DNA of 64,000 bases, from positions 1 through 64,000 of IMG/VR virus record IMGVR_UViG_3300010412_000005. The stretch is one strand, 5' to 3'. The stretch is from a virus. Both the position numbers and the translations under genes were made by a program. The notes beneath the pieces were generated by a model. That model was not told the DNA's origin and ran no database searches. It worked only from the letters and a program-made list of their open reading frames with translations. Positions 47,992-57,487 of the stretch are shown in pieces (within the stretch, counting starts at the first letter, position 1; every line of letters starts with the position of its first letter).

Positions 47992-48229
47992 TTCGCCTTA
48001 GTCCTTTTTCTTTCGCCATCATCATGGCGATACATTTCCTGACTTCTCTCTGCCACTTGCGGTGCTTCTCTGATTTAGGATCTTCGTTATACAGATTGTT
48101 CAGAAGCGCACGTGCATCGGCTGGGATCATGTCCCAGTGCATGGCACAGAACAAACCGTTGTCGTCAATCGCCTCAGATCCGCACGCGAACGCTTGGCAC
48201 TCTTTCTTTCCGTTATTCGTTTTGGTCAT
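47816..48229 (-). CDS. hypothetical protein with C-x4-C...C-x2-H motif
   Basis: CQAFAC...FCAMHWDMIP. Confidence 0.65.
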   Translation of the reverse strand: MTKTNNGKKECQAFACGSEAIDDNGLFCAMHWDMIPADARALLNNLYNEDPKSEKHRKWQREVRKCIAMMMAKEKGLRRNVERRNLDQFEGEDPFVKEGERKAASEGKLLREPDDRSIQGNQESEESEEDPDRSPSS

Positions 48230-48644
48230 ATACTCTGTTTAATGGACCGAACCCCTTACTGATGTCAAACGTATCACCCAGAAGAATCATTTTGTTTTGT
48301 ATCTCATCTCGTATTTCTTCTGGTAGCATTTCCATTAGCTCTTTCAGCTTTGTCTTCCAGTCATCTCCTGGGTTGTTCTGAAGCTCATCAACCTTCTTAA
48401 TCAGGTCGTTAACATCTGGAACCTTTGGAGTGAGAATGGCCTCACGATCTTCATCGCTCAGTTCCTCGGTCTTCACTTCACAGCCAGTGACTTCAGCAAG
48501 CCACTGCGGAATACCCTCAGCCACTTTCTTTGCCATGAGCATAGCAACAGCTCGCTCAGCATTTGTCATATTCTCTTCATCAGTGCGCTGATGGCATGCA
48601 ATGCATCCGTCTATGTCTTCGATCCTGAAGCTTAACGTAACCAT
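48213..48644 (-). CDS. hypothetical protein
   Basis: same-strand array, short overlaps. Confidence 0.65.
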   Translation of the reverse strand: MVTLSFRIEDIDGCIACHQRTDEENMTNAERAVAMLMAKKVAEGIPQWLAEVTGCEVKTEELSDEDREAILTPKVPDVNDLIKKVDELQNNPGDDWKTKLKELMEMLPEEIRDEIQNKMILLGDTFDISKGFGPLNRVYDQNE

Positions 48645-49138
48645 GTTGTTTTTCCTTTCTGTGTGGTTTGTTTGTTGTCAACCTGAGACTCAAGTGAGTT
48701 CAGGTAGCTTCCCCGGTTAAACCACGTTGCCGGGTAAGGTATCTTGTCTTTATCAACCCTACGCGTAATAACGTAGGCTGCATATACCTGGACAGCTTTT
48801 AGAAGCCATGCCGCTTTGTCTTGCGTTCGAACTGGTATAGCTGCGTCGGACATAGCTTTGCGAATAGCTTTGTATGCAGCATGCCTGTCCCTTCGTCTTG
48901 GATATGCGTTGTAGATATCTGCGACAGCATTCTCAACGAGTTCATCCTTTCGTTTCTTTGGTTGTCCAAAGATGTGGTTGGCAATCTCTTCAGATGAACG
49001 CGATACTGCAGCAGTGGCCATGTCATAGCGCAGAACAACAGCAGTTTCTGAGATTCTGATGCTTGTATCCTTTGCTGGGCATGCTGCGACTACCTGCCTG
49101 ATGCATTCAATCGCCTTGATGAAATCGCTTCGCCTCAT
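48632..49138 (-). CDS. replication initiator / replisome organiser C-terminal-type domain protein
   Basis: IYNAYPRR..R..AYKA...IPYPATWFN motif of phage replication proteins; near DnaC-like gene. Confidence 0.7.
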   Translation of the reverse strand: MRRSDFIKAIECIRQVVAACPAKDTSIRISETAVVLRYDMATAAVSRSSEEIANHIFGQPKKRKDELVENAVADIYNAYPRRRDRHAAYKAIRKAMSDAAIPVRTQDKAAWLLKAVQVYAAYVITRRVDKDKIPYPATWFNRGSYLNSLESQVDNKQTTQKGKTTWLR

Positions 49139-50001
49139 AACGGCAACCTCCTGTCAAGAAGTGATCTTTTGCAGAAGTATATGTGTTGGTTTTCTCTGCT
49201 GCGTGCCAGTAAAGAGTGAGCGAACTGATCGTGACTGGTGCTAACCTCGATGATTGTGTTCTTGTTGCCTTGAATGACAGTTCCGCTTGACGAAATCCAA
49301 CATCTATTCTTTAGACGTTGGAAGTTGTTCGATGACAATGCACACGCTCTTCTTGTATGCCCTGTGTCGTTCCATAGTATAACCTGCTGTCTGCGTGCAT
49401 TCATCTTTTCCATGCTGTGACCATTCCAGCTTTTCTCACCAAGCCAGTAAGATCGCATCCAGTCTCCAATTATTGCCTGCGTAGTTGTGAACCAACTTCG
49501 GATTCTGACTACGTTCATACATGTAACAGAGACTTCGTAAAATGGAGGATACTTCCTCATCTCGTCCCTGCCTTTACTACAGCACGATGTCGCAGGGAAT
49601 ACCCTGATATGCACATGTATGTAGCAATCGGACACAGCCTCGAACTCGTCCTTCTTTTTGTGATGCTCACTTGCAAGTGTGGACTCTACTGAATTGTGAC
49701 CAAGCTGGAATGCGCGCTGGTTGAGTGCATAAGCTGTCACAGCAACAGATCCATCTCCGCACGGAAACACAGAAACAGCTGCTGGTGCAACCCACAGAGC
49801 CAATGGTGTTGGCCATGCTGCAATCAAAGTGATGGACTGACTGAAGACAGCGCGGTCGAACTTCAAGCTCGCATCCCTTGAGAACCAGTCTATCGCTGAC
49901 TGAGTTGTTTCATCGTATATTTTTGTCAGCGGTTCCTTCTGATCTACGATTCCTTTGAGCATTCCTTTTGCGTCAGGTGGATACGCCTTTTGTAGAAACA
50001 T
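49135..50001 (-). CDS. hypothetical protein
   Basis: 288-aa ORF with GGAG upstream and ATGA overlap downstream. Confidence 0.6.
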   Translation of the reverse strand: MFLQKAYPPDAKGMLKGIVDQKEPLTKIYDETTQSAIDWFSRDASLKFDRAVFSQSITLIAAWPTPLALWVAPAAVSVFPCGDGSVAVTAYALNQRAFQLGHNSVESTLASEHHKKKDEFEAVSDCYIHVHIRVFPATSCCSKGRDEMRKYPPFYEVSVTCMNVVRIRSWFTTTQAIIGDWMRSYWLGEKSWNGHSMEKMNARRQQVILWNDTGHTRRACALSSNNFQRLKNRCWISSSGTVIQGNKNTIIEVSTSHDQFAHSLLARSRENQHIYFCKRSLLDRRLPL

Positions 50002-50048
50002 ATAACTCCACTCTCATTCCTTGTAATGACGGACGTTGCCGTCAGGGT

Positions 50049-50507
50049 TTATTGTTTTTCGCGAACGATCTGACTCACTCGCGCTTGTGTTATTCCGAAC
50101 TTGTTTGCAAGTTGCTTCTGCAGAGCTTGCCCGTTGGCATATAGCCTGCGGATCTCGTCACGCTGTTTGTCTGTTATCTTTGCATTCGAATTGTTTTCTC
50201 CATGCCCAATAGGAGGACGAATTGGAACTCCTTTGGAGATTGCATCCTTGATGTTGTCTCTGTTTGTTCCGAGCCAAAGGTGATCTGGATTGATGCACCT
50301 TTTAACGTCGCATGTGTGGCATACAAACATGCCATCTGGAATCGCACCCTTCCATACTCTGTAAGCCACCCTGCTTGCTGCCATTGTCACAGTGCAGACT
50401 GCAATGCATCCATATCCCTTGCCATAAGATGGACCTGTGAAGATCCAACATCCATTGTCGTCAATCCGATACCGTTTGAGATGCGTCAACGCCCGTTGTT
50501 GGATCAT
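50049..50507 (-). CDS. HNH homing endonuclease
   Basis: CWIFTG, GYG, VCHTCDVKRCINPDHLWLGTNRDN, GENNSNAK, C-terminal HTH. Confidence 0.92.
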   Translation of the reverse strand: MIQQRALTHLKRYRIDDNGCWIFTGPSYGKGYGCIAVCTVTMAASRVAYRVWKGAIPDGMFVCHTCDVKRCINPDHLWLGTNRDNIKDAISKGVPIRPPIGHGENNSNAKITDKQRDEIRRLYANGQALQKQLANKFGITQARVSQIVREKQ

Positions 50508-50892
50508 GGATGACAGTCTCGGTCCAACTTCCTTTGATCCTTTGAGCCATAACCCAACGAAACGTCGGGTATGCCTTGGCAGCTGCCCTGAGTTTAACCT
50601 TTGCGTCGTCATAGATGTATTCACCTTTCACTTCCCAAAAGGTATTCACATCCCCAACGAAGAAGTCGCATTTATACCACGCCTTACCTTCACCAACTCT
50701 TAGGTTGATATCCTGACAGTGGATGTATTTGTAACCCCTTGCTTTGAGGATTTCATACCACTCCTGCTCAGCCTTTGTCATCTCGACAGGCTGATGCTCC
50801 ACACGCTTAACGTGTGGCTCTGGCGGTGGAAGCTGCCCAAGCTGGGCAAGGGCTTGCCGTTGATACTTCTCTGGTAGATCAGAGATCTTCAC
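50461..50892 (-). CDS. PD-(D/E)XK nuclease (DUF1064-like)
   Basis: YKCDF...WEVKG...DDAKVK. Confidence 0.75.
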   Translation of the reverse strand: MKISDLPEKYQRQALAQLGQLPPPEPHVKRVEHQPVEMTKAEQEWYEILKARGYKYIHCQDINLRVGEGKAWYKCDFFVGDVNTFWEVKGEYIYDDAKVKLRAAAKAYPTFRWVMAQRIKGSWTETVIHDPTTGVDASQTVSD

Positions 50893-52039
50893 GAATCGGC
50901 CTCACCCGCTTCTGAGGTTCTTTGACAACCAGATTCGGTTCGATCTGTTCACGCCATGCCTTGAGCGCAGCTGCTTTGTTGCACTCAGCCGCATCCATGA
51001 AACGTGACACCCATACCTCCCTAATCTTTCCTATTGGAACTGTCAGAAGCGATGCGAACTCCTTGCCATCGCTGAAGTATTCCTTCACCAACTTGAATAG
51101 ATCGTTCGGGTGGTTGACCGTGTGACCTGATGGATGGTCATAGATCTCATATTCCTTGATCTCTCCACGTGCAACGCGCTCCTTGAATAGGTCCCTCACC
51201 TTCGTGCAGACCTGCTCGATCTGCGTGAGCTTTGGATATAGCGCAAGAAGCTGCTCATTGCTGAGAGAGTTGCATAGTGAGAACTCATGCTGCAGCACAA
51301 GCCCAAACGATTGACGTTGTGGGCACACCGCTGACACAGGACAGTATGTGCAGTGATCTCCTGGTATGCGTGGCTGGTTTGCGTCGTCTGCTTTCCACAG
51401 CGCACGCAGCAGTTGATTGCGTATGGAAAGGCAGTCGTCGACAGTCATCCTGACTATGATGGCGCGTGAGCTAACAAGAGGTTGGAAGATCGCACCGTAA
51501 AGCTTTTCGAACTTCAATCCATTGAGCTTCTCATCGAACGCCATCAGCGTAAGGTATGTCTGCAGCTGCCAGTTCTTTGTGGCAACAGGAACAGGCTTTG
51601 GTCCGCGCTTGTAGTCTTCACAATACCACGTGCCTTGTCCGTCAGTTCCGAAGTAGTCTGGCTCACCAGACATCACGAACTGGTCCTTGTGCTTCATCCA
51701 TAGACGCATGCGCACCCAGTTCTTGTTGATCTTGTCAGGACCACCAAACAGATCCTGAACTGTCATGTCGTGCATCAGTGTGCACTTCTCCGCTACGAAC
51801 TCCTCGATCTCACCAAGCCCAATCTCAACAGGCTTGCCGTCGATCATGCATTCGATGGCATCGTGAGTCTCGGTGCCGCTTTTCGCGATGGGGCTTTCTT
51901 CTTCTTGCGAGTGCTCCCACGTTTTTTTGGCGTAGAGGTAGCCTGGGCAGGCGATGATTCGGTGGGCTTCGCTTGCGCTTGGGAGCCCTCTGCGCTCATC
52001 GGTCTGATCCTGTTCTGCGGTCTGATTGATTTGAGCCAT
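50879..52039 (-). CDS. Cas4/DUF2800-like PD-(D/E)XK exonuclease
   Basis: SAS...CPG, GT.TH, GEPD, DYKRG, WQL..Y, HCTYCP...CP. Confidence 0.82.
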   Translation of the reverse strand: MAQINQTAEQDQTDERRGLPSASEAHRIIACPGYLYAKKTWEHSQEEESPIAKSGTETHDAIECMIDGKPVEIGLGEIEEFVAEKCTLMHDMTVQDLFGGPDKINKNWVRMRLWMKHKDQFVMSGEPDYFGTDGQGTWYCEDYKRGPKPVPVATKNWQLQTYLTLMAFDEKLNGLKFEKLYGAIFQPLVSSRAIIVRMTVDDCLSIRNQLLRALWKADDANQPRIPGDHCTYCPVSAVCPQRQSFGLVLQHEFSLCNSLSNEQLLALYPKLTQIEQVCTKVRDLFKERVARGEIKEYEIYDHPSGHTVNHPNDLFKLVKEYFSDGKEFASLLTVPIGKIREVWVSRFMDAAECNKAAALKAWREQIEPNLVVKEPQKRVRPIREDL

Positions 52040-52311
52040 GACATTATCTCCACTGTGCTTGGCGGTTCTCTCCTGTTAAGCAGCTGGATCAGCCTCTGCA
52101 GTTTGCGTAGATCTGCTCCAACTTTTGATTGCTTGCCGGTTCCCCAGCACTCATCGCATGTATCCTCAGTAAGAGCAGCCCCGCCAATACCCTCCATATA
52201 TGTGGAGGAACTAGCGTAGATCTTGTTTCCTGATCCACCGCATTGAGGACAAACGTCCCAGGTCTGGATGCTCCTTAGAGAGAGCATCCTCTCATAGACT
52301 TCATCTGTCAT
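51844..52311 (-). CDS. DnaJ-type zinc-finger small protein
   Basis: CPQCGGSG and CDECWGTG; GGAGG upstream. Confidence 0.7.
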   Translation of the reverse strand: MTDEVYERMLSLRSIQTWDVCPQCGGSGNKIYASSSTYMEGIGGAALTEDTCDECWGTGKQSKVGADLRKLQRLIQLLNRREPPSTVEIMSWLKSIRPQNRIRPMSAEGSQAQAKPTESSPAQATSTPKKRGSTRKKKKAPSRKAAPRLTMPSNA

Positions 52312-52320
52312 GTTACCTCC

Positions 52321-53235
52321 TTATTCTTCAGGGAACATTTCGTCTGATCCGCCGTCTGGTGCAGGATTCGACGAAGGAGGCTCTGCCCCTGGAGGGGCAT
52401 CGTTGGGGTCTGGCTCCTCTTGCAGTTGTCGTCTGGCTCTTTTCTTCGGAGCCGGTGCTGCAGGTGGTGTGGTCTGCTCTTTCGTGAGATCGCTCTCCCC
52501 TGGCTCAGGAGTCTCAACACTTGCAGGGATGTCGATTGCTCCCTCGATCTCGGCTGCTCTGCTGACAACCTCACGCACGTCAGGCGACAGGTCAGCAGTC
52601 TTAGCCAGCTGTTTGAGTGCTGTCTTGGCCCACATTGCTTCAGGCCATTGGACCCAAGGGCTGGATGCGGACGATGCACCACGCGCCGACTTCTTGACTC
52701 TCTCGACGTAGTCAGCATCAACCCACACGAAATCCTCGCCGTCCTCACTGTTCTTTTTGTAGGACACGTAGGCTACGGCACCGATCATCTTGCCGCGATC
52801 ACCGCCAATGCGCGGCTTGTGAACCATGTGCCTGTTCGAGCCAAAGCTGATATCAAACTCATCATTCGCACAGACAGTGGCTGCATACACGTTGGTAACG
52901 GTTGCGCTACGGCGCATCATCTTCAGGTAACCCTGGTATCCGATCATCAACTGGCACTCGTAGTTGGGACCATTGCGGAACGGAATCAGGTAGGCTTCAC
53001 CTGTGATTGAATCAGGGACAAGGCGGATCTGTGCGAGATCCATCATGCATTGCATCAGGCTGTCCTGAGTGCAGCGATACAGCAGTGGGTTCTTGCGCAT
53101 GGCTGTCAGCGCCACACGAACGAAGAAGTCTGCTGGTATTTGAGAGCCAAGGGCTTTCGAAAGTTCACCCTTCTGCCGGTCAAGCAGAGCGATGATGTCC
53201 TTGGGTTTGGTAGTGGTAACTGCGGTTGTCGTCAT
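52321..53235 (-). CDS. recT: RecT single-strand annealing protein
   Basis: GEAYLIPF, QLMIGYQG, SPW...EAMWAKT; adjacent exonuclease. Confidence 0.92.
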   Translation of the reverse strand: MTTTAVTTTKPKDIIALLDRQKGELSKALGSQIPADFFVRVALTAMRKNPLLYRCTQDSLMQCMMDLAQIRLVPDSITGEAYLIPFRNGPNYECQLMIGYQGYLKMMRRSATVTNVYAATVCANDEFDISFGSNRHMVHKPRIGGDRGKMIGAVAYVSYKKNSEDGEDFVWVDADYVERVKKSARGASSASSPWVQWPEAMWAKTALKQLAKTADLSPDVREVVSRAAEIEGAIDIPASVETPEPGESDLTKEQTTPPAAPAPKKRARRQLQEEPDPNDAPPGAEPPSSNPAPDGGSDEMFPEE

Positions 53236-53243
53236 AGGTGTTT

Positions 53244-53272
53244 GTTCTGACTCCAGGTTTTCTGTTTGTCAA
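53244..53272 (-). promoter_or_regulatory. candidate promoter for recT
   Basis: perfect TTGACA, 17 nt, CAGAAC (poor -10), 8 nt to ATG. Confidence 0.35.
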
Positions 53273-53586
53273 GCAGCGCCATCACTGGATTTCTGACGCT
53301 CTTGTTTGCATTGTTTTGCAAATTCTGTGGCCATCGTAAACAGGGGATCAACCTTCTGTTTTCCTGCGAATGTGTTTCCAAGTGCTACGTCTTCATGGAA
53401 CCACATCAACCATACATCAGCATCGTTTGGCATTCGATTCCACTGCTTGTAGAACTTACCAATACGAAGGCCGAGTAAGTAGTATAACATGCATACGTTC
53501 TCGTCAGACATGCCATCGCCAACAAGTCCCAATACCTTCAGCAGTATCTCAGGACTAGATAGTTCAGTTGTGTTCTGGGTGGTCAT
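53269..53586 (-). CDS. hypothetical protein
   Basis: same-strand array. Confidence 0.65.
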   Translation of the reverse strand: MTTQNTTELSSPEILLKVLGLVGDGMSDENVCMLYYLLGLRIGKFYKQWNRMPNDADVWLMWFHEDVALGNTFAGKQKVDPLFTMATEFAKQCKQERQKSSDGAA

Positions 53587-54004
53587 GATCCTTTATGGCT
53601 GTGTCGTCATTGGAGGCGAATACAACTCCGACTTCATTAAGGTTAATAGTCTTGCCTACCTTCTTTCCTGTTTTCTTAGCTATCACTTCAGAAAACTTCT
53701 TCATGACTACTTGCTTGCAGTCGTCGCAGTCATCAACGAAGTGAGCATGCAGACAGTTGCCTTGCTCAGTGTAGTGAACATGAAGTTCATCACCTTTGTC
53801 TACCAAACTCTGGCACACGTAGACTGCAAATGATTCATCCTCGATGTTATGAGCAAGCAAAGAGATCTTGCACGCGAACTCAGCTGGATACTTATCCGCT
53901 TTCTCTCCAAGCTTTTCCTTAATCCTTGCCATGTCTTCGTCAGATGGTTTCTTTACTGCGAAGACAACATAGTATTTGTGCGGTTTAGTTTTTACTTCCT
54001 TCAT
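53564..54004 (-). CDS. hypothetical protein
   Basis: same-strand array; C.H...CDDC. Confidence 0.65.
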   Translation of the reverse strand: MKEVKTKPHKYYVVFAVKKPSDEDMARIKEKLGEKADKYPAEFACKISLLAHNIEDESFAVYVCQSLVDKGDELHVHYTEQGNCLHAHFVDDCDDCKQVVMKKFSEVIAKKTGKKVGKTINLNEVGVVFASNDDTAIKDHDHPEHN

Positions 54005-54350
54005 CTGTTGGTCTTTCTCTTCCGAGTATTTCGTCCATTTTGTCTTCAGGTATGTAGATAACCTTGCCTCGGAAATCAGGGTTTATCTTTTCGTTAGCAG
54101 CAAGCGTGAGCATCACGCCTCGTGTGTCGCTGTAGAAAGCAGTGTGTCCTGCTTGAATCATCTTCCAATGCTTAACGCAAAGGCCGCGCCTAAACATGTG
54201 CTGACTCGCATCAGCTATCTGACCGGGCGCTATGATGTGATCTCTGAATGAGGATGTCTCCCCTGTTGGTTCAGCGCATATCAGACACACGTGAATCAGC
54301 ATGTCTGGTGTGGGCATCTTTGGTGTTGATTCGGGTATGTTACGAGCCAT
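53985..54350 (-). CDS. hypothetical Zn-binding protein
   Basis: CLIC...CVKH; start uncertain. Confidence 0.6.
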   Translation of the reverse strand: MARNIPESTPKMPTPDMLIHVCLICAEPTGETSSFRDHIIAPGQIADASQHMFRRGLCVKHWKMIQAGHTAFYSDTRGVMLTLAANEKINPDFRGKVIYIPEDKMDEILGRERPTDEGSKN

Positions 54351-54381
54351 CTGCCCGTCATACGCCCACACAATGCGTGTG

Positions 54382-54630
54382 TCAATCTGGTGTGTCAGGA
54401 TTATCAAGAGTCGACGTCTCACCGAAGTCGACGATCTTGGTTCCCTTGTCTGCGAGCCTCATTACAACGAAGCACTCAGCTTGTGCATCTAGCTTTTTCT
54501 GGATTGCTCTTGCCTGTCGTGCAGCATCCACATAGTTCTGCGCCTTGACTGCAATCTCCCACGTCACAATGAACTCTTCATCTGGATGCCCGTTTCTTTT
54601 GAATCGTTCTCCGTTGAGGTAGTCGATCAT
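54382..54630 (-). CDS. hypothetical protein
   Basis: VTWEI...A....AARQA pattern; ATGA overlap. Confidence 0.6.
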   Translation of the reverse strand: MIDYLNGERFKRNGHPDEEFIVTWEIAVKAQNYVDAARQARAIQKKLDAQAECFVVMRLADKGTKIVDFGETSTLDNPDTPD

Positions 54631-55133
54631 ACCTTAAACTGATTAGATCCTGGTGGATTGCCCATGCGTTTCTTGATCGCATCTGGAATGCTAGATGAAT
54701 CAACTGGCACCTTTTTGATGTTAATGAATGGAGGAGGATCTTCTCTCAGCTTATCGAAGAAGTCCTTGATTGAACACCAGTCATACTCAGTGAAGTGAGC
54801 AGTTGTCTTCCACCTGCTACACCAGTTGGCTACGACGTCGATTGCTTTCTTGATAGCATCATCACGCGAAGCCTCCGATCTCTTCATCACGTTGTTAGAC
54901 GCCAACCTCATGTCTTTACTGTCGAATACGTTGTAATCTAAGTATAGCCGTATTCTCCAGTGCATAGTGTAGTTGGTGTCATCCTCAACCAGTATTGCTG
55001 TGATATTGGCAACAGGTCTTTTGTCAGGTCTGTCGCTAAGCTCAAGAAACCACATGCCTCCCATCTTGTAGCTCGCCTTCAGTTTGACACCTGCGAATAC
55101 CATCGTGTCTCGTTGTCTTTTTGCATCAGCCAT
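54627..55133 (-). CDS. hypothetical protein
   Basis: same-strand array. Confidence 0.65.
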   Translation of the reverse strand: MADAKRQRDTMVFAGVKLKASYKMGGMWFLELSDRPDKRPVANITAILVEDDTNYTMHWRIRLYLDYNVFDSKDMRLASNNVMKRSEASRDDAIKKAIDVVANWCSRWKTTAHFTEYDWCSIKDFFDKLREDPPPFINIKKVPVDSSSIPDAIKKRMGNPPGSNQFKV

Positions 55134-55818
55134 TAGGTCTATCTTTCTTTTCTGCCGCTTGGTTTATTACTTGTTCTGAGTGCTGCTTGTATAGCTGGCA
55201 GATCTTGACGGCAGTATCTACCTTGCACTCCATACTTATGCGTATGCTTCCACCTTTGCATACAACTGTGATGTGCTCTCCGTTGGGTAGCCGGTCGTAG
55301 AACATGTATCTACCCATTGAGGATGTAGTTGTCGTAATTCCGCATTCAGCTTTCAATAGATCAATCTCTTGAAGTGAAGCGCGGTGATTGCTTTCAGCTG
55401 ACAGCATGCGCGTAACGCAGTTGTCAAACTGCTGCAGATACTCAGGCAGGAACCGTTTACGAATTGCATCTGCGATTCGTATTATAGGCTTCATCCTGCT
55501 TGATGTTATGCTCCTTGGAACATCACTGATGTCTGGAGCAAATCCAACTTCGAGTTCTTCAGACGTTGGATACTCTCCATATATCCTAACATGTGTCGGC
55601 TTGTTCTCCATCACCAGGATGCAGATAACCGGGTTGACTCCTTTGATCGCAGCGTTGAGCTGGATCTTGCACGCTATAGGATAGTGATACTCATGATAGC
55701 GTGGATTGATTGGCAGCACTGTGCCGTTAATGATTGGTGCAAGGTCTTTGCACAGTTGCTGTGTTGCTTCTATTAGTATTGTAGCTTTTGATCTCCTTTC
55801 ATCGAGTGACTCATTCAT
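55126..55818 (-). CDS. hypothetical protein
   Basis: same-strand array, ATGA overlap. Confidence 0.65.
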   Translation of the reverse strand: MNESLDERRSKATILIEATQQLCKDLAPIINGTVLPINPRYHEYHYPIACKIQLNAAIKGVNPVICILVMENKPTHVRIYGEYPTSEELEVGFAPDISDVPRSITSSRMKPIIRIADAIRKRFLPEYLQQFDNCVTRMLSAESNHRASLQEIDLLKAECGITTTTSSMGRYMFYDRLPNGEHITVVCKGGSIRISMECKVDTAVKICQLYKQHSEQVINQAAEKKDRPNG

Positions 55819-56078
55819 GCAAACTTCTTTCCAAGTGTTCGCTTGAGCTTTGGCATGATTTGTCCAGCGCAGTTTCTGACCACAAGCTCAGCGGTTTTGC
55901 TTTCGCCATCACGATACGACTTCCTCTTTATCTCCGCTTTCTTCAAGCGATAGTTAACCTGACTCTCAGACAGGTTCGTTCGTGCAGATATAGCTCTGCT
56001 ATGCCATCCAATGTCACCAAGGAATGCGCAGAACAGGTCGTTATCATCCATGAACGTGATCTTGGTCTTCTTCATCAT
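55815..56078 (-). CDS. small HTH protein
   Basis: GWHSRAISARTNLSESQVNYRL helix-turn-helix. Confidence 0.65.
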   Translation of the reverse strand: MMKKTKITFMDDNDLFCAFLGDIGWHSRAISARTNLSESQVNYRLKKAEIKRKSYRDGESKTAELVVRNCAGQIMPKLKRTLGKKFA

Positions 56079-56251
56079 AGCGTCTTGCCTTTCGATGGTG
56101 CTGCGTTCACGACTGCACGAATGGCAGCCTCTGCTCCACGCTCGACACGATCAAGTGTCGCCTTGCTAACCTGTGTCCAGGTATGAGCACGCGTTTGCTT
56201 GGCGTATTCGAGCACTCGCTTCTTAACTGCAGCTCGATTGATTAGGCTCAT
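56075..56251 (-). CDS. putative histone-fold protein (58 aa), not in ORF track
   Basis: MSLINRAAVKKRVLEYAKQTRAHTWTQVSKATLDRVERGAEAAIRAVVNAAPSKGKTL*; ATGA overlaps at both ends. Confidence 0.7.
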   Translation of the reverse strand: MSLINRAAVKKRVLEYAKQTRAHTWTQVSKATLDRVERGAEAAIRAVVNAAPSKGKTL

Positions 56252-56508
56252 CGACTCCTCATTCGGTTGGCCAGCGTCATTCCCCTGGTGAGAACGTGCA
56301 GGTTCATGCCACAGCTGGGACAGAAGTTCGCAATGACAGTCTGTTCAGGCTCGTCACCCTGAACAATCTCTTTGCTTCTCCTTCCACCGCCACGCGTTGT
56401 CATGCCTCCATGCACGCGTGACGTGTGCATAGCTAGAGCCTGCTTGGCTGACTTGATGTTGGTCTTGTGGAACTTCTTACCGCATTTACCGCATGTAGTT
56501 GTTGTCAT
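56248..56508 (-). CDS. C2H2-like zinc-finger protein
   Basis: CGKCGKKF...LAMHTSRVH plus FCPSCG; AAGGA upstream. Confidence 0.7.
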   Translation of the reverse strand: MTTTTCGKCGKKFHKTNIKSAKQALAMHTSRVHGGMTTRGGGRRSKEIVQGDEPEQTVIANFCPSCGMNLHVLTRGMTLANRMRSR

Positions 56509-56563
56509 TGTTTTCCTTGTGATTGCTCGGGTTCGTTGAGATCAGAGTTGAGCAGGCTCTGGT

Positions 56564-57487
56564 CTAATCGGATTCGATGTCGTCGTTGATGAACTGGCGA
56601 GACGGGCGAATGGTAATCATCTTGTCGATCTCACCCTTGAGATCAGAGAACTGAGATGCCATGCGCTCTCTCATTCCGTCATCACCACGCATCATTTCAC
56701 TGAACGCTTTGGGATCGTCCACGTCTGACATGACAGACTCAGCCTTCTTAACAAGCTCTGCCAAGTCTTTATCATTCATGATGTTCCTTGCATTGAACGT
56801 CTCAAGGAACTCTCTGATGTTTTCAATAGTCGAAGACTTGAAGGTCTTCGCTTTCTCGCCTGGAGCGACGGTCAGTCGCTCGACAGCATGGTCGATGAGT
56901 TTGGAGAATGACATGCGTAGTGTCACAAGGATCTTCTCCTGCGCATCCAACCATATCTGCTCACTCTTCTTCTTGGCTGCGAGGTAGAGTTCTTTCGGAA
57001 GATTCTCAGGCACGCCAAACGAGACGGGTAGCCATGTGAACCCGAACTTAACCTCCATGATGTTCGCCTCTGGATAATCACCAGGGCTGTAGTAAGGACC
57101 AAGCTCCTGTCTGTCCAAGTATTCGATGGACTTGATGTCAGCGCACAGGTCAGGAACCATCACAGACTTTAGCGTCTGCTGGTCCTGTGTGATGCGTGAG
57201 TTGATGGAGTCATACTCGTTGAGTTTGACCATGAAAATGCCAACCTTGAAGAAGGATGGCATTGACCTGCTTTGGACCCAGGCTTTCGTCTCGTTCTGGA
57301 ACTGAACGATGCGGTCGTATTGCTTCGATGTAGTCAACCGCACAGTCTTTCGCAGGCGTTTGGCATTGACCTTGTCACGGTCTGCCTCCTCCTGTGATAC
57401 CTTGACTGTCTTGCGGTTTGACCAGCGCTGCACACTGAAGTTCAGAGCGCAGCAATCCTTGAATAGTTCTACACTGAGTTGCTTCAT
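56564..57487 (-). CDS. DUF3150-like protein
   Basis: W...K, PSFF..G.F.V, Y...DYP, FKSSTIEN...F...F...NI.ND..L pattern. Confidence 0.6.
   Translation of the reverse strand: MKQLSVELFKDCCALNFSVQRWSNRKTVKVSQEEADRDKVNAKRLRKTVRLTTSKQYDRIVQFQNETKAWVQSRSMPSFFKVGIFMVKLNEYDSINSRITQDQQTLKSVMVPDLCADIKSIEYLDRQELGPYYSPGDYPEANIMEVKFGFTWLPVSFGVPENLPKELYLAAKKKSEQIWLDAQEKILVTLRMSFSKLIDHAVERLTVAPGEKAKTFKSSTIENIREFLETFNARNIMNDKDLAELVKKAESVMSDVDDPKAFSEMMRGDDGMRERMASQFSDLKGEIDKMITIRPSRQFINDDIESD

Noticed and set aside
50027-50044. Hairpin TGACGG-N6-CCGTCA after the HNH gene
   Set aside because: Only 6 bp with no clear U-tract; too weak to call a terminator.
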